Under the pieces are notes generated by a model that was not told where the DNA came from, made no database searches, and saw nothing but the letters and a program-made list of their open reading frames with translations. From Azolla caroliniana (Eukaryota > Plantae > Polypodiophyta), in assembly GCA_043228905.1 (NCBI GenBank), contig JBHGNT010000013.1, forward strand, positions 3,410,001 through 3,474,000: a stretch of DNA of 64,000 bases, read 5' to 3'. Positions within the stretch are counted from its first letter, which is position 1, and each line of letters begins with the position of its first letter. Both the position numbers and the translations under genes were made by a program. Below are positions 24,120 through 37,400 of the stretch, one piece after another.

Positions 24120-25924
24120 ACGTGACTTTCTCGGGTATGCTTTGGAGGATAATATCTTCTCTTATATCTTCCCCTGTAGCTATAATGTCTTCAGTAAGTA
24201 GGCGGTTATAGTAACTTGTGGCAATATTCCTCATTTTGTCGCCATCCTCAGTGGTCGTTCCATCCTCTCGGTTGAGGTTGTGCATCACAGTTCTAGCGTG
24301 CCTCGGGCCTTTGGCGCGGAAGAATTCCTTCGTGGTTTTGTCCCCTACTCGAATCCATCGCACCATGCTTCCATGAAACTCCATGTCATATATTTCCTTT
24401 TCCACCATGCTAAGTTCATGTTTGGCCGTGGCGACTTGTCCTGCGATCCAAATACATGACGAGTATCTCTGTTGGAGTCGTTGTATGGCTATTAGTCCTC
24501 GTTTTATCCTCTGTCACTTCTCCTGAGCATCCTTGCTTCTGGTCTTGACAATCTCATGTAGGAGAGTTGAAGCTCTTGTTAATTTAGCTAGAAGTTTGTC
24601 AGATGTTGATGAGTCATTGACGGGTAATGACCATTGGTTGGAGAGTTGGTCCTTCACCTCTATAAATGTGTAAATAATGTGTGGGATGCGAGTCTAGAAT
24701 GGGCCCCATTTACGGTGCAAATGAAAATGACCAGCTATCGGGTAATGGTCAAAGAAAATTGTGCCTAGAGTTATGCGACACCCCCACCCCTTCGCTTCTA
24801 GAGCCTCGCCCACATAAATGCGGTCAATGCGAGATAGGATGGGTCCACTATTCCGCCTGTCTGATCAGGAGAATAGGAGAGAATCCCTTTTTCATTGGAA
24901 GTTGTTAGAATGCTAGATGTCTCGCAGATAAGGTGTACACATAGCTTCTCCCATTGTTTACGTTCCCTTCCTTGTAGAACTATGCGGTTGTTGTTGGGGC
25001 TATCGTGAATGGATTCGATCATATTAAAATCCCCTCCAATGCACCACTCTTCCACACAAGCTACTTATAGGTGGATGCGGTCCCAGAATGTTGCCCTTTC
25101 TGTTCTGCTATTTGGAGCATAAACATTCATGAAGTTCCATCGTTGCCCTTGGATGGCCAACGTGCAAAAATGTGCCCTACTAGGTATAAGTGATTCCTTG
25201 TGTATTAAACCTTGGGCTAGATGTTCCCGAATCAAAGTGCAAATACCACCATGATTTCCATCCTCCCCAATTGTTGGCTCCCAAATCGTTCACCATGATC
25301 CTGGTAGAAGGTCTCCGACTTCCTTTAACTACGTGCTATCGAGCTGGTGTTCCTGCTACATGATGATGTCAGCACCACTCCCTAGTAAATATTCTTCAAG
25401 ATCCCTTCTCAGTTTCCACCTGTTTTGTTGGTCTAGTCTACTTCTGAGCCCTTGCATGTTCCATGTTATAATCTTCATACTCATGGAATGGGGTGGGAGA
25501 TTGCAAGTTGTTCCTAGTGCTTTGCACAACAGGTCGTGAGTTGGTAGCACTCACCATTTAGACATCCAGTCATTTCCAGGGATGGAATGTTGGTCCAAAT
25601 CCAAGAGTGGAGTTTGTGGGCTATCCGGTGAGCTTCAATAGTCCCTTCCTGCTTCTCATAGAAATAAAAGAAGCTTGGAGTTAGTTGGGTGTCTATGAGA
25701 GTCCGTAGGTGGATGTGGCAGAGATGACGTTCCTCTTCATCCAATGTGCCCCAGAATTCTGTGTTATTCCAATGCTTCTTTAGTTCGTTCATGAGGGCTT
25801 CATCTCTTATTTTTGTGACAAAACATGAACCTACTAACTTGTAACAACCTAGTTTCTCAAGGAATATATATAATGGATCGTATATTCTTGATGAATCTTT
25901 ACAATTTTCTATTACTCTTTTCAA
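24120..25924 (-). mobile_element. L1-type LINE 5' part: APE endonuclease of ORF2, with a possible ORF1 remnant upstream
   Basis: MKIITWNMQGL...GADIIM (25480-25356) and WCIGGDFNM (about 25040) are APE motifs. 24120-24975 is the reverse complement of about 52318-53172. ORF 25514-25924 is unidentified. Confidence 0.85.
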
Positions 25925-28251
25925 AAGAAACAGAAATTCTTTTTAGTGTTTCATACGGGAAGGGCTCTTTTCAACCTTTAAGGGTTCTTGTCTTATGTTA
26001 CTAAAGACTTAATGTGAATAGTAAATAGCCAATTAGGAAGGCTCTTTCCAAAGTGAAAGGCAACTTTGTCCTACATTAATTTCTTAATGTGAAATATTGA
26101 TCCTATGTCAGACAAAAACACTTCCGATTTGACACAACTATAGTAATTGGATGTTAATTCTAGTTTGAAACATGATCCATGTCTGGATCAATCAACTCAT
26201 GTGTGCAAGAAGCCCTCCCCCACTCCTTTGGGATTTGGAAGGTAAAAAAATGCGTTAATGATTAAGCTTATTTATTTTTTACGCCTACCCTCACACATAG
26301 GGAGATATCCTCCCTCCCATTTTTTGAATATTGGGGTATATTACATGATGATCAATATAGAAACACATGGTGCTTCCAAAATGTGTAGTAGCTCTTCCAA
26401 ATTTGCATAGATTTTCCGACCAAATGAACAAGTGAATTACGAACTGTTGGTGAAACAATTGAAAACTAAATATATACGATGCTAAAATGTGATGGATGTC
26501 TGATATGAACTCTATCATTTACGCATATCATCAACAATGGAGTACATTGATTATGAGTGGGAATTTGTTGACCTTTGGACTACTTGGTGGAACAAAGGAT
26601 GAATGGTTAAGATGGACTGCTTCAAAGTAGGATTAAACCCTACAAAAACATTTTTGTATATTTATTTTATACTATAAGGCTTTGGTTATAGATAAATGCA
26701 CTTAATTAACCCACAAGTTTGTCAATCTTTCATAGTTCAAAAAAGTATTGCTTCATTTGCTTAATTTGTCAATCTTCTTGCCAACAAACCACATCGTAAC
26801 AAACTTCCTTCAAATAATCATGGCAAGAGTACATAACTATAATTGATCATGAAATAGGTTTTCCGTAATTTTCCTAATCTAATATTTTTAACTTAGATGG
26901 GGTTAATTTCGAAAGGAGTGAGCATATGAATTTCAATATTACAATTCATACAGTGTAAAATAACTATTAAGTATGTTATCACATGACCACTTTACATAAA
27001 GTAAAGAAGTGTGAACACACAAGGACCTAAGGATTTTGTGTATATAAGAAAGTTGGCTACCTTCCCATAAGAGAAACTTTAATTATGTTGAGATTATGAC
27101 AATCTTCATGAACCCAAGGTACAACTCGGATCAACCCTTCATAGTATGGGACATTGAGGAGGTTTTAGTCAGTTGCTAGGGGTGGTTAGGAGGTATGGCA
27201 CCTCGTTTTCCTTTTTTTGGTTCATAATTCCTTATGATTTGTTTAAATAACTAGTTAAACTCTAACCAATATGTTCCATTGATTGATAATCACTACTTGC
27301 CCAGTTCAAACACAAAAGTGTGTGCACTCTCATGATCTCATGCAACAATCTTACATGAAAGTAGTTATTAGCTTCTCATGTTGATGTGGCATGACATTAG
27401 TATTTTAGTTGTAAAGAAATCAAGAGGCAAGAGTGGTTGTAATGCAGCGGAAGATGAGTGTGTGTGTGTGTGTGTGTTTCTCAAGACAGAGAGAGAGAGA
27501 GAGAGTGTGTGTGTGTGTGTGTGAGAGGGCTCTAACAACAAAGATGGGCAAAACTGTCTATTAACCAAAATTACATCAAAGTATAAAACATCCAACAACA
27601 ACTAAGTTACAATGCATTGGTTTATATACCAACTAAGCTAGGGCAAGTGCCCTTTCTACTATTTACAAAACTAGCCCAACACGTCCATGAGCTAGTGTGA
27701 AACCTATCTATGGGAAGTTGAGTTCGATTCTCAACACGCCCCTTCGAACACAACTTCCATCTGTCGAAAATTTGTTTCGGTCTTTAGAGTACTTCGATTT
27801 AAGGAATCTGATTCCAGCTTTATTGTTTTACGCTTCTTATTGCGTGTTACATGTTGCGTAGTCTATCCGTGTTGCGTATACTGCGTACTCCCCCTCAAGC
27901 TCGGCAATGTAGATGTCATGAGACCAAGGTCCGATGTGAATTGCCCAAGCTTGTCGACGCCTACAGCTTTCATAAAAATATCAGCAACCTGGAGGTGCGT
28001 ACTGAGGTGTTGTAGATCAATCTCTCTTGCCTGTATGTGCTCGCAAATGAAGTGGTAATGCACTTCGATATGTTTAGTCCGCGCGTGGAATACGGGTTTC
28101 CACGCTAGGTAGATATTGTTCATGTTGTCGCAATAGAGACGAAATTGGATCCTTGATGGGTACACCCAGATCCTTTAGTACGCGTTTCAGCCAAACGGCT
28201 TCGCATGTGGCGACTGTATTCAGCTTCCGTGCTCGACAGTGCGACTGTCGG

Positions 28252-28699
28252 TGTTACCGATTAGGAACACAGTCTAGGGTCAGTCCTTCGACCTAGACCT
28301 CAAAGTGACTGCGTTGCAACGAATGGTACCGTCGTACCGTAATATGTAATGGGATACTTCCCCGTATCCTAGTAGCGTATAAGGGAGACGGCGACAACCG
28401 AAATCCTTAGACAATGCACTATTAACTGCACTCACGCCTACGCCCTTACGATTACAATATGCCACCGAGAATCACAGAAACACAGTAGATCAACCATAGA
28501 CATGCACAGGAATCAGACAAGATTGTACTTTATTAAGATAACGCTCTATGCACCCAAAATTTACATGCTACCTCTTACAGAGGATTTCTGCCCTTTATAT
28601 ACACATGGTCTTTTAGCCATTCACGCTTCCCGCGTGAACCGTTACATGCGTTACTTACGTTTTTTACTATATTTTATATTACCATTCCGACAGACAATA
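28252..28699. mobile_element. Solo LTR (448 bp) in copia RNase H
   Basis: It splits SKKQPT/VALSSTEAEY. 5-bp TSD GTCGG at 28247-28251 and 28700-28704. Termini TGTT...AATA. Confidence 0.8.
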
Positions 28700-30327
28700 G
28701 TCGGCTGCTTTTTACTACTCCAAGAGATCGCTCCACTACCAAGAGAGAAGACGAATCCGGATGTGGATCGCTTGTCCACTTTATATCTTGCCCAGTCCGC
28801 GTCTGTGTACCCTTCGAGTCGAACGATCGCATTCTTCTTGTACATAATGTCGTAGTCCATTGTCGTATTGACATACCGGAGTACCCTCTTAGCGCAGTCC
28901 AAACGAAGATTTCGCGGATTCTGCATAAAGTGGCTAAGTAGGCTGACTGAATAACTAAGGTCGGGTCGCATAATGGTCAGATAGATCAAACTACTCATCA
29001 GTTGTCGATACGGAGTCGGCTCACTTTCAGTGGTTCCGAAGTTGGCATCGATCTTGAGATTACAGGCTTGCACTTGGTCATTCCGAACTTGTAGAGTAAG
29101 TTGAGAATGTAGTGTCGTTGAGAGATCATTATTCCGATTGGCATCCACATTACTTCAATACCTAGGAAGTAATGGAGCTCGTGTAAGTCTTTCATTTCGA
29201 ATCTGCCGAAAAGAAGTGATTTGACCTTGTTAATCTCGGAGAGATCCTTTCCTCCGATGACCAAATCATCCATGTACAGGATGATGATGATCATGCTATC
29301 CGACTTGTTTCGGATGTACAGAGAGGTGTCGGATTTTGACATCCAAAATCCGACTTGGTGAAGATACTGCATGATCTTCGAGTGCCAAGCACGCGGTGCT
29401 TGTTTGAGGCCATAGAGTGGCTTCTTGAGTTGGCATACGGCGTGTGGATATTTACGCGATTCGAATCCAGGTGATTGTATCATGTACACCTCTTCTTCTA
29501 ACTCTCCTTGGAGGAAAGCATTTTTCATATCCATCTAGTGGAGGTGCCATCCCTTCACTGCGGCGAGTGCAATTACTATCCGTATGGTTGTCATCTTTGC
29601 CACCGGGGCAAAGGTTTCTTCGTAGTCTATGTCGTGCGTTTGCGCATAGCCTTTCGCAACGAGCCGTGCTTTGAAGCAATTTACGGATCCTTCGGCATTG
29701 TATTTTATTTTGTATATCCATCTGCATCCAATCACTTTCTTGTTCGGGGGGAGAGGAATGAGATCCCATGTCTCGTTTTTGCATAAAGCTTCCATCTCCT
29801 CATTCATCCCGTCGACCCATCGCGGATCTTTTGCGGCTTAGGAAAGCATTTCTGGTTCCCGTACTGATGCTACTTTCATAATAAAAGCGTAGTGATACGC
29901 CATGTATTCGTCGTAGCCGTAGTGGTTTACGGGGTTCTTTGCACGTGTGGATCGACATAACTCTCGATCCATGGGGGGTATGGCTTTCTTCGCTCCATCT
30001 ATGCGGATGTCGAGATATTCAAATTCACTATCAAAAGAGTGAAGCATCTCGGTTTCTTCCTGATCTTCATATTCCCACATTTTCGCCTTCCCTTTGTCCA
30101 GCTTCGAACTCAGCCGAGATGTGCTTTCATCGCTCGGCGGCTTTGATGGCCCACTCAGCTGTGTCATAATTGGACTACCTTCTAACATCTGTGTGAGTTG
30201 ATCCTCAACTTCTATTTCTATTTCAGTGTCATCTGCGTCGAGCGGGGTTAGAGTCGAAGTGTTCTCTGGTGCGTACCACGATGCGTATTAATCGAAGACT
30301 ACGTCTCAACTTGTTCGAACCTTACGG

Positions 30328-31734
30328 TGTCGTGAAATAATTATTTTAGATTAGATTAGTAGCTTGTTATAGAAAGATGGATGTACTCAAGAGCTTCAAA
30401 ACGCATTTTACTACATGTAAAATAGACAACTACATATCATGTTATGTGAACATGAAGTTGAGAAGATAGAGAAAATAGAACTATGATTTATCCCACATAG
30501 ATAGGAAAATTTAAGGTCCTGGTTATATAACCACATTGAGATCCCTTATTTTTCATTTGTGCTAAGAGCACTTTGGCTACTTTGTCTAGATGGATGAAAT
30601 GGAACCGGAATCGGTTGGAAACCAATCCGGAACCGCCCGGAAATCAATTTGGAACCGGCCAATAAGCAAACCGGAACGGGTCGGTAACCAAATTAGAACC
30701 GGTCAATAAGCAAACCGGAACAGGCCGATAAGCAAACCGGAACCAGTCGATAAGCAAACCGGAACCGGTCGGTAACCAATTTGGAACCAGTCGGAAAGCA
30801 AACCGGAAACGGCCGGAAAGCAAACTGGAACCGGTCGGTAATGAAATCGAAACCGGCGAAACCGGCAATCGGATGGAGTTGGAAACCAAGCGGATCCGGC
30901 AACCGGCAACCGAGCAAAGCCGGCAACCGGAAACCGGCGACCGGACGAGGTTGGACGCGGACCGGATGGATTGGATGGGTGATGATTGAGACAGATGGAC
31001 TGGATCAGGTGGAACCGGTGACCAAACGAGGCTGGACGCGGATCGAACGGATTGGATGGGCGGCGAGCGAGACGGACATATGATAGGATCATGTGGCTGA
31101 ACTAAAGTAAAGTAAAATAAAGTAAAGGTCATGTGGAAGGAATGCAACTAAAGGTGGAGGCCATGCATAAAGTAAAGGTCATGTGGAAGGCATGCAACTA
31201 AAAATGGAGGCCATGCAACTAAAAGTGGGAAGGCAAAGGAACATGAAAGGAGGGATCAACAAAGAAACCCATATAAATTCCATTTTTTTTCCTACACTCA
31301 TCCTCTCTCCATTTTTATTTTCTTTTCCTTCTTAGATCCTTTATCTTATCGAAACCATAACACTCAAAAACCCTAATTTCCCTACAAAAGCCATAACACT
31401 CAAAAAACCCTAATTTTCCCTACAGAAGCCATATCTCTCAAAGCCCCAAATTTTTCTTTACGGAAGCCATATCTCTCAAAAACCCTAATTTTCCCTAGAA
31501 AAGCCATATCTCTCAAAACCCCTATTTTTTTTTCTATTAATCTTAGTAAACCTAAAACCTATGAATCCCAATCTTGGGACATATTGTAATTTCTTTTCCT
31601 TTGTTAATGAAAATTATTAAATTTCTTATTTCCGTTAATTGTTAAAAATATAAAAGCACGAATGTGATATCCTCTGGTCGGAGGCCCCAGGGTCTTGCCT
31701 CAAGTTCACGTGTCCTCGTCGTATTTTCGTGACA
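30328..31734 (+). mobile_element. Solo LTR (1.4 kb; TGTCGTGAAA...TTTCGTGACA) in the copia post-integrase region
   Basis: Terminal inverted repeat and 4-bp flanks ACGG/ACCG. Homologous to 57014-58265. Contains internal AACCGG-rich repeats (30600-31030) and AAACCCTAA-containing repeats (31350-31530). Confidence 0.85.
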
Positions 31735-34482
31735 ACCGGTGGATCGGTTGTAGCATTTGTACCCCTTCTGTTCGAGTGACTATCCTACGAGGATGCATTT
31801 CTCTGACTTAGGGTCAAGCTTTTGCCGCGTATCGTCGGGAATATGTACGTAGGAGATAGAACCGAAAATGCAGGCATGTGACCAATCTGGCTTCTTTCCG
31901 AAGAACTTCTCATGCGGAGTTATATCGTGTACTCCCGAGGTTGTGCACCTCTGTTCATGAGATATACGGCCATATTTGCCGCTTCTGCCCAATATAATTT
32001 CGGCAGGTTCTTCTCGTTCATCATGGCTCGTGCAACTTCTACTACATGGCGATTTTTACACTCTGCTACGTTGTTTTGCTGAGGCGTGTGTCAACACGAG
32101 AACTCTCGTTGGATTCCTTCTTTTCGGAGATACGCCGTAAATTCATCTGAAAAATATTCTTTACCTCCATCTGATCGAAGACAGCGTACATGCCGACCCG
32201 TAGTTATTTCAACTTCGGCCTTGAATGTTTGGAAGTGCCTAAACACTTCACTCTTCCGCTTCATCGGATAGATCCAAGTGTTCCTAGAGAAGTCGTCGAT
32301 GAACGTGACCTAGTATCAGCATCTGCCGAATGTAGTTGTTTGGGCTGGTCCCCATACATCTGAATGTATTACATCGAGGATCCCTTTGCTCACATTCCGC
32401 TTGTTAGGGAATGGGTGACAGTGTTGCTTTCCGAAGTGACATGCTTCACATACACCTTTAATCTCCTTTTCCGTAAAGTTCGGGAGTCCGATTATGACTC
32501 CTTTCGATTGCATGTTTTGTAGCTTCCGGAGATTAATGTGGCCGATTCTCTTGTGCCACAATTTTAAGTCGGTTTCGACTTTCTGGCCCTTTGTGTACAT
32601 GGCCGACTTTACCTCGCTCGATTCGAGGATGAACATGCGGCCTTCTCGTCGGCCGTGAGCTACGACTTGATCGCCTTTCTCGATGAAGCATCTGTCATTA
32701 TTGAAGCGTACTTGTATTCCTTGTTTGACAATCTGGCCGAATGAGACCAGGTTTTTCGTAATGGTGGGGACATGCAGCACGTTCTTGAGGTAGGTCTGTT
32801 TGTCGTCATTTCCGAATGGGACATTCCCGATATGCTATATGGGGTGAGTCGTTTCATCTCCTATTTCGACATATCCGGGACGTTCAGGCTTCCAAAGTTC
32901 CCAAAACCAATCTTCATGGGACGTCATGTGATTGGATGCTCCCGAATCAACAAACCATACGTTAATCGGAGTGGAAGCGATAGTTTACGCAAGTGTGGAC
33001 ATGGAGTGTGCTTCGTGCTTCATTATGAACATTCCATTGCGGACACCGTAGTCAGAGTTCGTGGCGTAATTTGTTAGTTGTCAGCCTTGCTCACGCTTTT
33101 TCTTCCGACACTCCTCTTCGTAGTGGCCGGGTTTTCCGCAATACCCGCATTCAACTGAGTTCCTACGGTTGCTTGGTCCAACGTGATGACTCCCCCTTCC
33201 GCCGAACTCTCTGGGGTTGTTTCTGTTCGCTTGCCATGGGTGGGAGTTACGAAGTTGATTTTGTCGACCTTGGCCATATTGGCCTCTCTTGCCGCGACCG
33301 TGTCCTCTTCCTCCATCGAGCTTTGAATATAGCATCTGTCCTTCGTGTGCGTTGGTCCTCTGATGCACGTGATTCTCTTCGACTAGCAATAATGATTGGA
33401 GATCAAAAAAGGAGGGAGGATTCTCTCTCGCGAGAACGACCGATCTTATTGCGCCTAATCGCGGTGTCAGGCCACCGAGGCATATCTGCACCATTTCTTC
33501 GTCGTCAATGCTAACCTTGATTGATCCAAGGGCATCACACAACTCCTTGATCTTTCAGGTGTAGTTGCCGATTGACATGTCTCTTTGTTGAAGATTGTTC
33601 AGCTCCTGTCGATGTTGGAGCTTTCGTGCAATCATATTGGCTGTGAAGATCTTCTTGAGGTTTTCCCACGCCTGCTTCGGCGTTTTTGCCTCTTGAATGT
33701 AGCCAAGCATACGACCATGAACGCATGATGCAAGGCAATACAACACACGGCTTGCGGCCTGCTCCCAAGTGGGATAATCAGCATGTGTTGGGTTGGGGTG
33801 TGATTCGTGAGCTCCTTCGATGTAGCTTCAGTAGCCTTGTCCGACAAGGTATTGATGCGTCTTGTATACCCAAGATGCAAAGTTCATTCTGTCGAACTTC
33901 TCGGTAGGAAGAGTGCTTCCCATTTGAGTATTCATGGTGATTTCTTCTCTGTCGATGGGTCGGTTCTATTGATCGTCGACGTGCAGCACAACACAGTCGG
34001 ATAGGCTTTATTAGGCAACCACACGCTCTGATACCATGTAAAGAAATGAAGAGACAAGAGTAATTGTAATGCAGCGGAAGATGAGTGTGTGTGTGTGTGT
34101 CTCAAGACAGCGAGAGAGAGAGTGAGAGAGCTCTAACAACAGAGATAGGCAAAACTATCTATTAACCAAAATTACATCAAAGTATAAAACATCCAACAAC
34201 AACTAAGTTACAATGCGTTTGTTTATATACCAACTAAGCTAGGGCAAGTGCCCTTTCTACTATTTACAAAAGTAGCCCAACACGTCCATGAGCTAGTGTG
34301 AAACCTATCTATGGGAAGTTGAGTTCGATTCTCAACATTAGTAAACCCAAGGATTGCTATAGAGAAAATATAAGAGAACTATGCATATAGAAAGTAAATG
34401 TGATGAAAATTTTGCAAGTTGAGATCCAAGTGGGGTTAAGTATTTTCGTTTCAGCCTAATCATCCTTGACATTGTACATTAC

Positions 34483-37400
34483 TGTTGAGATACAAGCTCG
34501 ACATTGGCCGGATCGGCTGTGCAAGCCGAGAACCGGATCGGTTGGGATCAATCAGTTAGGCCAAATCGATGTGTAAACCGGGTGCATAAACCGAGTGTGT
34601 AAACCGGTACGCAACGAGAAGTCGTAGCGGTGTGTAAACCGTGAGGCCGTTGGAAAGATATTCCGCGTAGGAATATATTTTGGGAGTTAGTGTAGAGCTC
34701 ATTTATGAGCATTAAAGTACGTGTCAGTACTTCTATCAATCCGTATGGACTTGTATAAAAGTGCTCACTGAGCACATCCTACGCACAGATTGAGTATTAT
34801 TTTGAATTGAATTTCCGTATGTCTTCTCTCTCTCTTTCTGTCTCTCCCACATACAGTGTATATTCAAGCTCTCCATTAAACCTGCGTTTCTGTGTTCGGT
34901 TTTCTATTGCTTCCGCACGTTATTCTTTTTACATGGTTGAGAACCTCTGCAGCCGACATAGCTTGAAAGGAAAACCAACCAAGAAGAACAGGTAAAACCG
35001 ATGGATAGAGGCATGGGTAGCTCGCTTCCAACGAAGAAGCTTGACAGAAACAACTGCGCGTCCTTGTCCTACAAGATGCACCAGTACCTACTCGGGCACG
35101 GTTACTGGAGCTATGTGGACGGAGCAAATGACACAACACTTGAATCGAGACATTGAGATTTCCCGGCGTGGGAACAGTCGGCGAGCAGAGTACTGTACTG
35201 TTTCGCGTCTTGTGTGGGAAACAGCTCCTAAGCTACATTCGGGATGCAAACACGCCAAAAGATGCTTGGGGAAATCTAAAGAAGATTTTCACCACAAGCA
35301 CTACACCCAGGAAGCTTCAACTCCGACAGGAGCTGAGCAACCTATGACAACACGACTTGTCGGTGGCTAATTACACCTCGAAGATCAAAGATATATGCGA
35401 CTCCTTAGCCTCTATCGATGTGAACATGGAGGAAGGCGAAATGGTGCAGATCAGTCTCGGGGGATTAGCGTCGAAGTTCAGAGCATTCCGAACTGCTGTG
35501 TGTACACGGGAGTATACGTCGTCGTTTTTCAACCATACAGTCGATGCTCCTTATAGAGGAGAACCACGCGGGTGCGTCAACAAGCACGCACATTGATAGC
35601 AAGATGTTGTACATGGAGGTAGATAGGCCCCGTGGTCGTGGCGGATGAGGCGAGTCGGTGCGCAATGGAGGCGGCCGACAGGATCAAGGAAGAAGGCACC
35701 GAAGTGATGCCGACAGCAATTCCGGACCCTCCGGAAATAGGGGGAGTCGAGGCGATGAGAACCGGCAAGGGAAATCCGCCACAGAATGCTGGTACTGTGG
35801 CAAGAAAGGCCACAGGGAGAGCGAGTGCTGGAAAAAGCGCGCCAATCCGGAGAGAACCGGGTCCAGATCAGGTTCTGAACAGACTAACAAAGGAAATCGG
35901 CAGCGATCACACTACGCCGAAGGATCCAGAAAAGCTGGAAGAGGATCAGCCTTCGTGATGAGACACAAAGAAAACTTGATGAAGAAGATCACCCTGAAAT
36001 CGGACGAGGTGTGGTACATCGACTCCGGCGCGTCAAACCACATGACGTGCCACAAGGAGTAGTTCTCATACCTTGAGAAACCGATGCAACCGGGAGTAGT
36101 CGCAACCGGAGACGACATTCTACATCCGATCGCGAATGTCGGTGAAGTTCCCTTGAGCCATGTCGGGCAAAAAGGGAAACTCATGAACATGTTACACGTC
36201 CCGACAATCACAAAGAATCTGGTGTCGGTCGGGCAAATTGTTGACCAGGGGATGCAAGTCCGGTTCACGCATCTCGGGTGCTTCATCGAGGAAGAAGGCC
36301 AAGTTATTAGGCAAGGGCGCAGAGACGGGAGGATGTTTATCCTCGACTCTAGTGATGGTGGCACCACAATGTTTGCAAAAGGGCAAGAAGTCGAGTCGGA
36401 TATCGATAATGGCACAAGCGGATAGGCCACGTCAACTATCAACGACTTTAGGACCTATAATCGAAACACATGGTGTTCGGATTGCCCAAATTTAGTGGCC
36501 GGAAGGCACAAATTTGTAAAGCCTGCCAGCTAGGGAAGCAACACCGACTTCCTTTCCCCAACGAGCATAACCGGAGTCGGAACAAGCTCGACTTGATACA
36601 TTCCGATGTATGGGGGCCGGCACAGAACATTAGTCTTGGCGGGAGTCGATATTTCGTCTCCTTCATCGACAACTATATGCAGCACACATGGATCTACCTC
36701 ATTGAGAAGAAGAGTGAAGTCTTCGACTATTTCCGGGACCTCAAGAGTTTCATCGAAAGAGAAACACGAAGAAAGATCAAGTTCCTATGGTCGGATGGCG
36801 GAAAAGAGTACTTTTCCGGTCAATTCAATGGGTATCTACAACAGATGGGAATTCGATGCGAATTCAATTGCAGATATATGCCAGAGCAGAACGGCGGCGT
36901 GGCTGAAAGGAAAAATCAGTCGGTTGTGGAAGCAGCGCAGGCAATACTGGAGGAGAAGAGCTTGCCCAAGTTCTACTGGGCCGAAGCGGTTCGGACTGCG
37001 ATCTACATCCAGAACCGGATCGGGGGAAAAGTGTCGGCGCATGAGCTATACTTCGGAACGAAGCCAAATTTGCAACACTTAAGAGTTTTCGGTTGCATTG
37101 CGTATGTGCATGTACCGAAGGAGAATCGGAGGAAGCTGGATGCGAAAGCCGAGAAGTGTATCTTGGTCGGCTATTCGGACGAGCAGAAGGGTTATAAGTG
37201 TTATAACACTCGCACCTAACAAGCGCGCGTGAGCCACGACGTTGTGTTTCACGAGTCCGCGTCCTGGTACTTGCCTCTGACTCCGGACCTCACCTCCAAT
37301 CCAAGTTCTGACGATGAGGTCAGTGAGGCCGAGATGCCTCCGAATGAGCCTGAAATCGGGACCCGCGAAGAGAGTCCGATTTCGTTTCGGTTAAGCGGAC

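Larger units (their letters stand above)
27410..34337 (-). mobile_element. Full-length Ty1/copia element (degenerate) with two nested solo LTRs
   Basis: LTRs at 27410-27736 and 34037-34337. TSD TTAGT at 27405-27409 and 34338-34342. Perfect iMet PBS TGGTATCAGAGC at 34025-34036. Gag knuckle CGYCGKPGHYEEEC, GAG-pre-integrase LWHKRIGH...[16 protein letters not shown]...LYMDDLVI, RNase H YTDADW. Confidence 0.95.

Noticed and set aside
25930-27400. Possible host exons in the AT-rich interval
   Set aside because: No recognisable protein motif or consistent splice chain was found.
30644-31147. ORFs of 77-167 aa here and at 57205-57725
   Set aside because: They are products of stop-poor AACCGG repeats within solo LTRs.
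34934-34945. Atypical PBS TGGTTGAGAACC suggesting a different primer tRNA
   Set aside because: Related copia elements in the window use the iMet PBS, so decay of this single copy is the simpler explanation.
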